Assembly (NCBI GenBank): GCA_964430475.1
Contig: CAYSEQ010000005.1
Location: 1-61,853, forward strand
Length of the DNA: 61,853 bases
From: an uncultured Gammaproteobacteria bacterium
GTDB lineage: Bacteria > Patescibacteriota > Microgenomatia > UBA8517
Reading direction: 5' to 3'
Shown in pieces: positions 30,356-40,031 of the stretch. How positions within the stretch are numbered: position 1 is the first letter of the stretch; each line of letters starts with the position of its first letter. Both the position numbers and the translations under genes were made by a program. The notes beneath the pieces are model-generated. The model saw only the letters and a program-made list of their open reading frames with translations. It did not search any database and was not told where the DNA came from.

Positions 30356-30466
30356 ATGGTAAGGACAGGGATTAGAGCATCGGCAATAATTATTAAGGAT
30401 AATAAAATTCTTTTGATTCACAGAAAGAAAGAGGGGAGAGGGTTAGCTTTAAACCCGTCGGGTTGA
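30356..30466 (+). pseudogene. NUDIX hydrolase 5' fragment
   Basis: MVRTGIRASAIIIKDNKILLIHRKKEGR, cut just before the expected PGG/Nudix box by a palindrome (AACCC-GTC-GGGTT, 30452-30464). Confidence 0.6.
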
Positions 30467-30586
30467 ATAGATTTAAACCTTTCGGATTTCGTTTTTAAGA
30501 TTTCGTACTTGAGCTTGAGCTTCTGAAACTTAAACAAAATAACTTCATTTTTGCTAAAATTAGTTGTTAACTAATTATCTAAACCA

Positions 30587-31561
30587 ATGTCAAGTCTATC
30601 TGTAGGAATTGTCGGACTTCCAAACGCCGGAAAAAGTACCCTTTTTAATGCTTTGGCAAGCAGGCGTTTGGCAGAAACTGCTCCGAGGCCTTTTACCACG
30701 ATTAAGCCCCACGAGGCAGTGGTTCCTGTTCCAGATGACAATCTAGAGAAGCTGGCGAGAATTATTAAGAGTGATCAATCTAATCCTCCTGAGATTGTTC
30801 CCGCATCAATTACTTTTATTGATATAGCAGGACTTGTAAGGGGAGCACACAAAGGTGAAGGGCTTGGAAATCAATTCTTAGCGAAAATCCGTGAGGTAGA
30901 TGCAATTGTGCATGTGGCGAGAGCTTTTTTTGACCCTTTTGTTACTCATCAACACCAAACACACGAGCCGGGAACTTTAGAGCAAATTTTGGAGGACATC
31001 GAGATTGTTTCTTTAGAACTTCAGATCGCAAACATCGTCAAACCCCAAATTTATGTTCTTAATTTTGATGAAAAAAGATTATTTAGTGATGAAGCCAAAA
31101 GATACGAAGCAGTAGTTTCACAACATTTTAATGGCCTAACTGTTTCCATATGTGCAAAGCTTGAGGAAGAGCTTATTGATTTTGAAAGTGTAGAAAGGGA
31201 AAAATATTTAAATCAAATTGGAGTTTCTGAGTCGGGTATTGAAAAACTCGTGATTCTTGCGTATAAGATTTTGGGGCTTATTACCTTCTATACAATAAAG
31301 GGTGGAAAGGAAATTCATGCATGGAATCTTAAGGAAGGAGAAAGCGTTTTGAAGGCAGCTGAAAAGGTGCATTCCGATTTTGCCAAGAACTTTATCAAAG
31401 CAGAAGTTATCTCAGTTGAAGATTTATTAAGTCTAGCTATTACGAAGGAAAGCCATGAAGACTTGTGGAAATTAGCGAAAGAAAATGGACTTATTAGACT
31501 TGAAGGTAAGGACTACATTGTTAAAAATAAAGATGTGATTGAGTTTAAAATCTCAGCCTAG
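30587..31561 (+). CDS. ychF: Obg-family ATPase YchF, shortened
   Basis: GIVGLPNAGKSTLFNAL, DIAGLVRGAHKGEGLGNQFL, FIKAEV, EGKDYIV. Confidence 0.9.
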   Translation: MSSLSVGIVGLPNAGKSTLFNALASRRLAETAPRPFTTIKPHEAVVPVPDDNLEKLARIIKSDQSNPPEIVPASITFIDIAGLVRGAHKGEGLGNQFLAKIREVDAIVHVARAFFDPFVTHQHQTHEPGTLEQILEDIEIVSLELQIANIVKPQIYVLNFDEKRLFSDEAKRYEAVVSQHFNGLTVSICAKLEEELIDFESVEREKYLNQIGVSESGIEKLVILAYKILGLITFYTIKGGKEIHAWNLKEGESVLKAAEKVHSDFAKNFIKAEVISVEDLLSLAITKESHEDLWKLAKENGLIRLEGKDYIVKNKDVIEFKISA

Positions 31562-31631
31562 GCTTTTTAGATAAAGTTTTATCTTTATCATCTTTTATTT
31601 TTTTTTGCTTTTTAGTATACTTTTGCCTTGT

Positions 31632-31922
31632 ATGGAAACTTACGAATTAACTTGTATTTTACCTGGCGAGGTTACTTCGCAAAAGAAAAACTCATTTATT
31701 CAAAAGTTGGAAAAGACCTTAAACGAGGTAAAGGGTGAAATTTTAAATACTCAAGAATGGGGGAAGATAGATCTGCAGTATCCTATTAAAAAGAACAGCG
31801 TTGGATTTTTCTTGCATTTTACTCTAAAATTAGAAAAATCATTGCTTAAGAAGTTAAATGAAAAGTTAAGGATTGATGATGATATTATTAGGTATCTTTT
31901 GGTGAAAAGCGAAAGGAAGTAA
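31632..31922 (+). CDS. rpsF: 30S ribosomal protein S6
   Basis: METYEL...WGKIDLQYPIKK...IIRYLLVK; rpsF-ssb-rpsR order. Confidence 0.92.
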   Translation: METYELTCILPGEVTSQKKNSFIQKLEKTLNEVKGEILNTQEWGKIDLQYPIKKNSVGFFLHFTLKLEKSLLKKLNEKLRIDDDIIRYLLVKSERK

Positions 31923-31933
31923 AAAAACAATAA

Positions 31934-32485
31934 ATGGCAAGAAGTCTTAATAGGGTTCAATTAATAGGGAATCTAACGCGGGATCCGGAATTAAGATATA
32001 CTCCTCAGGGGACTGCGGTGTGTACATTTGGACTTGCGACTAATAGGCAGTGGGTGACAGATGCCGGTGAGAAGAAAGAAGAAGTTGAGTATCATAGGAT
32101 TGTTGCCTGGAATAAGTTAGCCGAGCTTTGTGCTCAGCTTCTTTCCAAAGGGAGGAAGGTTTTTGTCGAAGGTAGACTCCAGACGAGGCGTTGGACAGGT
32201 CAAGATGGGCAAGAAAGAATTGCGACAGAAATTGTTATTAGCGATATGATTGTTTTAGATTCTAAACCCCAAGCAATAGGTGAAGATTTAGATGTGCCTA
32301 TTGAGCCGTCCGAGGAGATAGGAAGTATTGATGAGGAAATTGAAGCTAAAGAATCCACAGGAATAGACGCAACACAAGATACAGCTTTGGCGAAAGCTCA
32401 AGGCGATAGTAAGACTAAGAAAAAAGTGCAAAAAAAGGATGAAAAAGAAGAAAATAAGGATGAAGATGAAGATATACCCTTCTAA
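31934..32485 (+). CDS. ssb: Single-stranded DNA-binding protein
   Basis: [19 protein letters not shown]; acidic tail ending DIPF. Confidence 0.97.
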   Translation: MARSLNRVQLIGNLTRDPELRYTPQGTAVCTFGLATNRQWVTDAGEKKEEVEYHRIVAWNKLAELCAQLLSKGRKVFVEGRLQTRRWTGQDGQERIATEIVISDMIVLDSKPQAIGEDLDVPIEPSEEIGSIDEEIEAKESTGIDATQDTALAKAQGDSKTKKKVQKKDEKEENKDEDEDIPF

Positions 32486-32499
32486 ATAATATTATTCTT

Positions 32500-32754
32500 A
32501 TGATGCCATCAAAGACTTTACCACTTATTAAAAAAAGTGAAAAAACCAATGAGCTGTGCCCGTTTTGTAAAGAGGGATCTTCCCCACCGGATTATAAAAA
32601 TTATAAAGAGTTGCTCCCTTTTATTTCCGAAAGAGCGAGGATTTTGCCAAGATTGAGAACCGGAGTATGTGCGAAACACCAAAGACGTTTAGCTCGTGAG
32701 ATTAAAAGGGCAAGACATTTGGGTCTTCTTCCCTTTGTCCCCAAGGTTGAGTGA
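32500..32754 (+). CDS. rpsR: 30S ribosomal protein S18 (Zn-binding type)
   Basis: CPFC...DYK...[26 protein letters not shown]. Confidence 0.95.
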   Translation: MMPSKTLPLIKKSEKTNELCPFCKEGSSPPDYKNYKELLPFISERARILPRLRTGVCAKHQRRLAREIKRARHLGLLPFVPKVE

Positions 32755-32790
32755 TGATTTCTTAAGTGGGGTTAAATTAAAACATCGTTT

Positions 32791-34044
32791 ATGGCTAGTC
32801 TTCCAAACATAAAAGTAAAAACAGTGAGGAATGTAATTTTGTCGGTTTCAATTGTTGTTTTTTCATTTTTGAGCGGTTATTGGTTTGGCATTGAGGGTTT
32901 AGTTTTAAGAGTTAATGGTCTTACCAAGGTAAAAATTGATCGGACCTTGCCTTTGGAGAAGAAAGATCTTGATTTCAATCTTTTTTGGAAAGTCTGGGAT
33001 GAGGTACACGCTAAATATTTTGATAAATCAAAACTTGTTGATTCCAACATGGTATATGGAGCGATCAAGGGTATGGTTTCGGCTATTGGAGATCCTTACA
33101 CGGTTTATTTGCCACCCGAGGAGAACAAGCTAGTTCAGGAAGATTTGCAAGGAACTTTCGAAGGGGTTGGAATTCAAATCGGATTTAAAGGAAGTCAATT
33201 GGTGGTTATATCACCGCTTCCAGGCTCGCCAGCTGAGAAAAAAGGAATTAAGGCAGGCGATTTTATCGTTGAGATAAAAGATGCAGGACGCGGAATTGAT
33301 ATTAATACTTTTGGAATTACACTTCCGGAGGCTGTCCAAGCGATAAGGGGTAAAAGTGGTACAAAGGTAACACTTACTATTTTGAGAGAAGGGGTTAACG
33401 AGCCGTTTGAGGTGGAGATTGAAAGAAAGACGATTGATGTTCCTAGCGTGACAGTTGAGTATTTAAATGGCGATAGGGTTGCACATATAAAGATTTTGAA
33501 GTTTTCCCGAGAGACTTTAGATGAATGGGAAGAAAAGGTGCGAGATATTCTCAAAAGAAGAGAACTCTCCGCCATTATCCTTGATTTGAGGAATAACCCT
33601 GGAGGATTTATGGAAGATTCAATAAATATAGCTTCTGATTTTTTGGATACAGGAAGCGTGGTTGTTGTAGAGGAAAGAGGAGATGGAACCAAAACCGAGC
33701 ACAAAGTAAGCAAATTAGGAAGACTAAGAAACTACCAGGTTTTGGTTTTAATAAATAAAGGATCGGCCTCTGCATCAGAAATTTTAGCCGGTGCGTTAAG
33801 GGATAACAACAGGGCTCAATTGGTGGGCGAGGAAACATTTGGGAAGGGCACGATTCAAGATCCCATTCAAATTCCAGGAAATGGGGGATTGCATGTTACT
33901 GTAGCCCGCTGGCTTACACCAAGTGGTTTTTGGGTAAATGAGAAGGGTTTAAAGCCCGATTTTGAGGTTAAAGATAACGATGAAACGATCGAGGATGAAC
34001 AGCTTAATAAGGCTTTAGAAGTTCTCCAAGCACGAAGTTTTTAA
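32791..34044 (+). CDS. ctpA: S41 family C-terminal processing protease with PDZ domain
   Basis: GDPYT, DLRNNPGG, SASASEILAGAL, GEETFGKGTIQ. Confidence 0.92.
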   Translation: MASLPNIKVKTVRNVILSVSIVVFSFLSGYWFGIEGLVLRVNGLTKVKIDRTLPLEKKDLDFNLFWKVWDEVHAKYFDKSKLVDSNMVYGAIKGMVSAIGDPYTVYLPPEENKLVQEDLQGTFEGVGIQIGFKGSQLVVISPLPGSPAEKKGIKAGDFIVEIKDAGRGIDINTFGITLPEAVQAIRGKSGTKVTLTILREGVNEPFEVEIERKTIDVPSVTVEYLNGDRVAHIKILKFSRETLDEWEEKVRDILKRRELSAIILDLRNNPGGFMEDSINIASDFLDTGSVVVVEERGDGTKTEHKVSKLGRLRNYQVLVLINKGSASASEILAGALRDNNRAQLVGEETFGKGTIQDPIQIPGNGGLHVTVARWLTPSGFWVNEKGLKPDFEVKDNDETIEDEQLNKALEVLQARSF

Positions 34045-34104
34045 GCTTATTCTCAGAAATTTTGCTATACTTTATTGTTAAGCAATAGGTATCGTGTAAG
34101 TTTT

Positions 34105-35268
34105 ATGAAGAAAGAAAGACTTAAAGGATTGATTATTGGTTTGGCCATAGGTCTAGTCTTATTAGCTTCCGCAATCGGAGGAGCCTTAGCAGATAGGCTT
34201 TTTGTTTTTAAACCTCTTGATTATCTTGTAAAAAGATCTTTAGACACTAAAAGTTTCAGAGTAGGGGAGGTTCAACAAAAGGTTTTGTCGGAAGAATCAG
34301 TGGTGATAGAGGTTGCTGAGAAGGTTTCTCCTTCTGTCGTGACTGTCTCAATACAAACTCCCAGAAGGAGGATTTTAGAGTTTAGTCCGTTTGGCGGTTT
34401 TAGTTCAAGGATTGAAGGTGGTGAGCCTCAGGATATTGGAAGTGGATTTATAGTTTCAAGTGACGGACTAGTGGTAACTAACAAGCATGTTGTAAATACT
34501 CAAGGTGCAACCTACAAGGTAATAACCAAAGATGGAAAGGAATATGAGGTTAAAAAGATAAGTAGGGATCCTGCCAACGATTTAGCTATCTTGAAAATAG
34601 ATGCTCAAAATCTCACGCCGGTTGAATTGGGGGATTCGGAAAATCTGAAAGTTGGACAGTTTGTAATCGCGATAGGAACAGCCCTTGGGGAATTTCGTCA
34701 TACTGTGACTACAGGAGTAATTTCTGGGTTGGGAAGAGGTATTACAGCAGGGAGTGTTTTTGAGGGGTATGTTGAAAGGTTGGATGATGTTATACAGACA
34801 GATGCTGCGATAAACCCAGGAAACTCTGGAGGACCACTGCTGAATTCTCTTGGGCAAGTAATAGGGATTAATGTTGCTGTGGCTCAGGGGGCGGAGAATA
34901 TTGGTTTTGCGATACCAGTGAATGTTTTAAAGGAGGCACTTAATCAGTTTAAGTCAACTGGGAGTTTTGCTTCAAGACCCTTTTTGGGTGTCCAGTACCA
35001 AATGATTGATCGAGCAACAGCAATCTTAAATAAAGTTCCTCAGGGAGCGTATGTTGTCGAGGTAGTTGAGGGTTCTCCTGCCGAGAAAGCAGGTATAAAG
35101 GCAGGAGATATTATCACAAAATTGGATTCAGAGGAAATAAATGAGGAAAATGGAGGTTTGGCAAAGGTAATTTCGAAAAAAAGCGTTGGACAAACTGTAT
35201 CGCTTGAGATTTGGAGAGATGGTGAAACACTAAATCTTTCCGCAACACTCAGCGAGGCAGGAGAATAA
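34105..35268 (+). CDS. htrA: HtrA/DegP-family trypsin-like serine protease with PDZ domain
   Basis: GSGF, TNKHVV, DLAILK, IQTDAAINPGNSGGPL. Confidence 0.93.
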   Translation: MKKERLKGLIIGLAIGLVLLASAIGGALADRLFVFKPLDYLVKRSLDTKSFRVGEVQQKVLSEESVVIEVAEKVSPSVVTVSIQTPRRRILEFSPFGGFSSRIEGGEPQDIGSGFIVSSDGLVVTNKHVVNTQGATYKVITKDGKEYEVKKISRDPANDLAILKIDAQNLTPVELGDSENLKVGQFVIAIGTALGEFRHTVTTGVISGLGRGITAGSVFEGYVERLDDVIQTDAAINPGNSGGPLLNSLGQVIGINVAVAQGAENIGFAIPVNVLKEALNQFKSTGSFASRPFLGVQYQMIDRATAILNKVPQGAYVVEVVEGSPAEKAGIKAGDIITKLDSEEINEENGGLAKVISKKSVGQTVSLEIWRDGETLNLSATLSEAGE

Positions 35269-35286
35269 GATCGTTGAATTTTAAAC

Positions 35287-35451
35287 CTACTCCCTTTTTA
35301 TTTTTTCAGGGTCATTAAGCTCAGGAGACACTGGCTTGAGCTGTTTTTTGGCAATATCTCTCAATCTTTTCCATGGATCTTCCCTCTCTTCTCTTGTACC
35401 ATCAGCATGAATTGCATGAATTAGTGTATCTCTTCTCTTTTCTTTTCCCAT
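35287..35451 (-). CDS. Small hypothetical protein, 54 aa, below the ORF-track cutoff
   Basis: MGKEKRRDTLIHAIHADGTREEREDPWKRLRDIAKKQLKPVSPELNDPEKIKRE*; starts 12 nt after the prfA stop and fills the gap to htrA. Confidence 0.5.
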   Translation of the reverse strand: MGKEKRRDTLIHAIHADGTREEREDPWKRLRDIAKKQLKPVSPELNDPEKIKRE

Positions 35452-35463
35452 AGTTATTATCTA

Positions 35464-36180
35464 TCAGGCATTATAACTTAAATTTCTTGTAGACTCAAGT
35501 ATCTTGTCTAAATCGCCGTCAATCACTTCTTCCAAGTTTCCCCAAGATTTTCCGATTCTATGATCTGTTACACGATTTTGGGGAAAGTTGTAAGTTCGAA
35601 TTTTTTCCGGCCTCATACCCCTACCAATTGGTGAGCGGTAGCCTGCGATTTCTTTTAATTTTCTTTCTTCTTCTTTTTCCCAAAGTTTGGAGCGTAAAAG
35701 TTCAAGAGCAATCTTTCTATTTTGTTCCTGAAATCGTTCTTCTTGTGCGGTTACCACGATTCCTGTTGGTTTGTGGATTAGTCTAACCGCGCTTGAAACT
35801 TTTTGGACATTTTGCCCGCCTTGGGAGGAGGCTCTAAAAAATTGCCACTCCAAGTCGTTAGGATTTATTTGGATTTGGGTTTCTTTGATTTCGGGCAGAA
35901 CTGCGACAGTTGCCGTTGATGTGTGAATTCTTCCTCTTTTTTCAGTGATTGGAATTCTTTGGACCCTATGCACGCCAGCTTCATTTTTGAGAGTTTCAAA
36001 AGCAGATGGGCCGATAATTAAGATAGTCTGATCATCGATTGGATTCACTTTCCAACCCTTTTTAGTGGCAAATTTTATGTACATACGCATTAGATCAGTT
36101 GCCCAGATTTTTGCTTCATCTCCTCCGGTTGCGCCTCTTATTTCGATATAGACTTTTTGGATTTGGTTATTGTCGTTCAT
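35464..36180 (-). CDS. prfA: Peptide chain release factor 1 lacking N-terminal domain 1
   Basis: EIRGATGGDEA, GVHRVQRIPITEKRGRIHTSTATV (PxT), GGQ, IRTYNFPQNRVTDHRI; downstream of rpmE; 238 aa. Confidence 0.85.
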   Translation of the reverse strand: MNDNNQIQKVYIEIRGATGGDEAKIWATDLMRMYIKFATKKGWKVNPIDDQTILIIGPSAFETLKNEAGVHRVQRIPITEKRGRIHTSTATVAVLPEIKETQIQINPNDLEWQFFRASSQGGQNVQKVSSAVRLIHKPTGIVVTAQEERFQEQNRKIALELLRSKLWEKEEERKLKEIAGYRSPIGRGMRPEKIRTYNFPQNRVTDHRIGKSWGNLEEVIDGDLDKILESTRNLSYNA

Positions 36181-36252
36181 AAGAATCTTTGATTCTCGAA
36201 ACAAAAATGTCAGGTAAAAACTGTTAAAAATACTCATAACTTATAAAAAATC

Positions 36253-36609
36253 TTATTGTTTGCCTGTATGGGGTTTTTGGGAACCGGAGTTTTTTGTTGA
36301 CTTTGATTTTCTTATTTCCTCAAGGCTTTCAGGCAATTCTAGCTCAAGTTTTATCCTGCGCTCTCTCTTTAATCTTCTTTTTTCAGCCTTAGATAGAACT
36401 TTCCCTTTTGCTTTACTCCTTTTGGATTCAAATGCTTCCACCCTTCCTGCTGTGTCGACATACTTCATCTGCCCGGTATAAAAGGGGTGGCATTTTGAAC
36501 ACACCTCAACCTCAATTTTGGCAAGCGTCGACCCTGTGGTAAATGTGTTTCCACAGGCACAAGAAACCTGCGCATCTGAATACCATTGTGGATGAATTTT
36601 TGTTTTCAT
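36253..36609 (-). CDS. rpmE: 50S ribosomal protein L31 with basic C-terminal extension
   Basis: [27 protein letters not shown]. Confidence 0.93.
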   Translation of the reverse strand: MKTKIHPQWYSDAQVSCACGNTFTTGSTLAKIEVEVCSKCHPFYTGQMKYVDTAGRVEAFESKRSKAKGKVLSKAEKRRLKRERRIKLELELPESLEEIRKSKSTKNSGSQKPHTGKQ

Positions 36610-37562
36610 ACGGCCTTGTTATTATAGCTTCTTTTTTTCGTTTCGGCAACGATAAGACCAATAAGAATTATTATGGCTCCAAGAAGAAAACTCATTGAAA
36701 GACTTTCCTTAAGCCAGAATATCGCAAGTGGGATAGAAAAGATAGGTTGGAGGTAGAAAAAAAGCACTGCCTCTGAAACCTCAATTGAGCGCGTTGCCCT
36801 TACATAAAGAAAGTATGCCAAAGTTCCGGATAGAAAAGACATATACCAGACTCCCAGATGGTATTCTAGGGGTAGAAGAAGTATTTGAAGAAGTAATCTA
36901 TCTAATCCGTAAATAAGGATTGCGAGTGGGAAAACACTCAAAAACCCAACCATAAAGGTAAGGTTGGTAAGATTTGCACTCTTGACGCCTTTCCGGATCG
37001 CTTTCTTGGCAATCAGAATAGAGGAGCTGTCCGACAAAAGGTAAATTAAAAGAAAAATATTTCCACTAAGTGTTGGTTTATTACTAAATAAAGGAATAAA
37101 AGAATTTATTACTACACCCAAAAGAACGATTGCAATTCCAAGCTTTTCTTTGTTTGTTATGTGTTCATGGAAAAAGATTGCACCTCCAAGTGTCACCATC
37201 AGTGGACCGACTACTCCAATTAAGGTGAGATCAAGGACGGTTGAATTGTCAAGCCCAAGGAAAAGGGTTCCAAGCGCCAAAGGTACTGCCAAGAAACTAT
37301 AAAGGAGTGCAAGACCAAAATTTGCTCTTAATTTTTTAAACTTTTTACCCCTTTTTATTTTTATTAAGAAGAAAAATAAGGAAAACATAGAAGAAAGGAA
37401 AAAGCGATAGGTTAAAAAGGGGAGGGGGTCAATGCCTTTGAGAGTGAATTTAATGATTGGTCCTGCAGCTCCCCATATTGCTGCGACCAAGACTAGCATA
37501 AGGTATGCTTTTAGCCTTTTTTTAGTTATAAAAATACTTAAGATTTTTATTGTTTTCTGCAC
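36606..37562 (-). CDS. DMT family transporter (two EamA repeats)
   Basis: LVLVAAIWG, about 10 TM segments, [17 protein letters not shown]. Confidence 0.85.
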   Translation of the reverse strand: MQKTIKILSIFITKKRLKAYLMLVLVAAIWGAAGPIIKFTLKGIDPLPFLTYRFFLSSMFSLFFFLIKIKRGKKFKKLRANFGLALLYSFLAVPLALGTLFLGLDNSTVLDLTLIGVVGPLMVTLGGAIFFHEHITNKEKLGIAIVLLGVVINSFIPLFSNKPTLSGNIFLLIYLLSDSSSILIAKKAIRKGVKSANLTNLTFMVGFLSVFPLAILIYGLDRLLLQILLLPLEYHLGVWYMSFLSGTLAYFLYVRATRSIEVSEAVLFFYLQPIFSIPLAIFWLKESLSMSFLLGAIIILIGLIVAETKKRSYNNKAV

Positions 37563-37606
37563 AATTTTTAGATTAAATGAGGCTTTTAATTGAGTTTAGG
37601 AAATCC

Positions 37607-38851
37607 TTAAGTTAGAGTCTTTATCAAATCCTTCCTTTTAATCTCTAGTTGTCGACCTGTTTCTAAATCTTTGGCTATAACAGTATTTCTTTTAGCCTCA
37701 TCAGGCCCAATGACGATGAACCATTTTATGCCCTTTTTGTCCGCGTATTTAAGTTGTTTTTCCAAATTTGTATCCTCATCGGGGTAGAGCTCCACTTTAA
37801 GATTTTCACTTCTGAGGTTTCCTACAAGTTCAGCTGTTGTGGATATTAATTCCTGGTTAAATACTGCCACTAATATGCCCATCCTTTTATTTACACTAGG
37901 AAAGAGTCCAAGCTGTTCCATTGCCTGAAGAGTCCTGTCAAAACCAACTGCAAAACCTACAGCAGGGATGTCTATACCGGAAAGTTCTCTAATTAGTGTG
38001 TCGTAGCGCCCACCCCCTAACACCGAGCCAGCTTTGTAATCTTTAATTTTTATTTCGAAAATACAACCTGTATAATAATCTAGACCTCTTGCTAGCCTTG
38101 CTTGGAAAAGGATCCTGCCTTCTTCAACTCCTAGGTATCTTGTATATTCAATTATCTTTTCTAGATTTTTGGTTGGTTTGCTTTCTTCTAGGTGATGAAA
38201 AAGATGCTCTATCGATCTTTCTTCTATTCCTTTGTTTTTTAATTCCTGACTTACTTCGTCTTTTGATTTCCGGTCAAGCTTATCTATTTCTGCAATAGTG
38301 CTAAGTCGTAAGTTTTCCGGGATAGAACAAACCTCCATTAAATCAAAAAGAATTTTTCTGTCGTTTAGATATATTTGGAAATCCTTAAAACCTAGTTTTT
38401 TGTAAAGATGATTTGCCAAAGAAATAACCTCAGCATCGGCAAGAGGGGAGTTTGACCCGTAAATATCAGCATCGCATTGTAAAAATTCTCTAAATCTTCC
38501 TGCTTGGGGATTTTCGGCTCGCCAGACATTTTGAATCTGATAGCGTTTGAAGGGGAAGGGAAGTTTTTGGTGGTACATTGCTAAGATTCTTGCTGTGGGA
38601 ACTGTTTGGTCGTAACGCAGTGCAATGTCTCTACCTCCTTGATCAGTAAAAGAATAGATGAGTTTATTTGCCTCATCGCCATATTTTCCCATAAGGAGTT
38701 CTTTGTATTCCAAAGCTGGTGTTTCTAGAGGCTCAAAGCCCCAGTCTTCAAAGGCTTTTTTGATAATATCGATTGCGTACTGTCTTTTTCTGGCTTCGTC
38801 GGGTAAAAAATCTCTAAATCCCTTTAAGGGTTGAAGTTTTGTATTTTGCAT
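37607..38851 (-). CDS. hisS: Histidine--tRNA ligase
   Basis: LRYDQTVP, GRFREFLQCDADI, RGLDYYTG, GGGRYD. Confidence 0.97.
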   Translation of the reverse strand: MQNTKLQPLKGFRDFLPDEARKRQYAIDIIKKAFEDWGFEPLETPALEYKELLMGKYGDEANKLIYSFTDQGGRDIALRYDQTVPTARILAMYHQKLPFPFKRYQIQNVWRAENPQAGRFREFLQCDADIYGSNSPLADAEVISLANHLYKKLGFKDFQIYLNDRKILFDLMEVCSIPENLRLSTIAEIDKLDRKSKDEVSQELKNKGIEERSIEHLFHHLEESKPTKNLEKIIEYTRYLGVEEGRILFQARLARGLDYYTGCIFEIKIKDYKAGSVLGGGRYDTLIRELSGIDIPAVGFAVGFDRTLQAMEQLGLFPSVNKRMGILVAVFNQELISTTAELVGNLRSENLKVELYPDEDTNLEKQLKYADKKGIKWFIVIGPDEAKRNTVIAKDLETGRQLEIKRKDLIKTLT

Positions 38852-38922
38852 TAGAAAAATAATAACACTACTCTTACCTAAAAACCAAGAAGAAAAAGTG
38901 ATAATTTTTACCTGTTTGTGGA

Positions 38923-39921
38923 TCAGGGTACAACATAGATTGTTCTTATAGTCATGGTATTATCCTTAGGTTCGCCGATTGCAATTAGTTTGTCTCCAAC
39001 TTCTAATTCTTTTATTTCAGGTCCTTCCCAGCGTCTGGGAAAATGTAATTGCCATTCTACTTCATCTTCCTTTAAGGAAACAATTCTACCTGTTATTTTT
39101 AAGATTGTTCCGTGAATAACCTTTATTTTTAAATCTTCCGGAGGATCGGTGACTAAGATTCTTTTAGCTAAAAGGACATCTTTTTTATTTTCTGGTGGAA
39201 GAAACCCCATTGCTACAACAAAATCTCCAATCGCGATATCAGCGAAAGAAATTTTTTCGCTGGATTTGGAGAGTTTTACAAAAGAGGCATTATCTTCGAT
39301 TGAAGCAAGTTTGATTTCGCCTAAAGTATTTTTAATTTGGAGGGAGTCCTGGCTTTTGTCCGTTATCACCCCAATGTATGCTGTGGGATTTTTCTTAACT
39401 ATTCCAATCTTTTCCTTTACCTTGTTAATTATTGATTCTGCAGCTTCAGTTGCTACTTTTGTCTCAATTTCAGGTTCAATTTCCTTTGCGAATTCACTGG
39501 AGTATACAACAGTTCTTAAAATTTCTGATTTTTCGCCATCTTTACTGATCATTGTAAGAAGAATCTGATTTAAACCCGGTAAAAGTTCAATGTCTTGAGA
39601 AAATTCCCCATTTTCTTGGATTTGGGTTTGGAGAATGTAATCTTTATCTCTTGTTGATATGGCTATTAGTGAACCCTTTTTAGTTATTCCTGAAACTCTT
39701 GCGGGATTTTCTATTAATATCTCATTTTCCTCAGGTTTTACAAGAGCGGTTTTAATTTCTTGTTGAGGCTCATTTTTTGATGAGGGTGGAGCTGGGAAGC
39801 TAACGGATTCTTGGTTGTCTTTTGTTAATCTAAAGACTTTGTTAAATCGCCAGATACCAATTGAAAGGATGATTCCTATGGAAATTCCAAAAATAATAGC
39901 GACTGTCAACTCTTTACGCAT
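38923..39921 (-). CDS. Membrane-anchored hypothetical protein with Ig-like and OB-like segments
   Basis: N-terminal TM; GEFSQDIELLPGLNQI; DIAIGDFVVAMG. Confidence 0.7.
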   Translation of the reverse strand: MRKELTVAIIFGISIGIILSIGIWRFNKVFRLTKDNQESVSFPAPPSSKNEPQQEIKTALVKPEENEILIENPARVSGITKKGSLIAISTRDKDYILQTQIQENGEFSQDIELLPGLNQILLTMISKDGEKSEILRTVVYSSEFAKEIEPEIETKVATEAAESIINKVKEKIGIVKKNPTAYIGVITDKSQDSLQIKNTLGEIKLASIEDNASFVKLSKSSEKISFADIAIGDFVVAMGFLPPENKKDVLLAKRILVTDPPEDLKIKVIHGTILKITGRIVSLKEDEVEWQLHFPRRWEGPEIKELEVGDKLIAIGEPKDNTMTIRTIYVVP

Positions 39922-40031
39922 AATAGAGTCTTGGACAATGGTTAATATATAATAATAGACATCATATTTTCAACTTTTTAAAAAATCTATCTTGCGAATA
40001 TTTTCAGTGTTTGTTAGTATGTGATCGCTTT

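Noticed and set aside
30424-30442. 19-bp exact repeat AAAGAAAGAGGGGAGAGGG, also at 53765-53783
   Set aside because: Low-complexity purine run; this copy is simply the RKKEGR codons of the NUDIX stub; it does not match the KOPS motif GGGNAGGG
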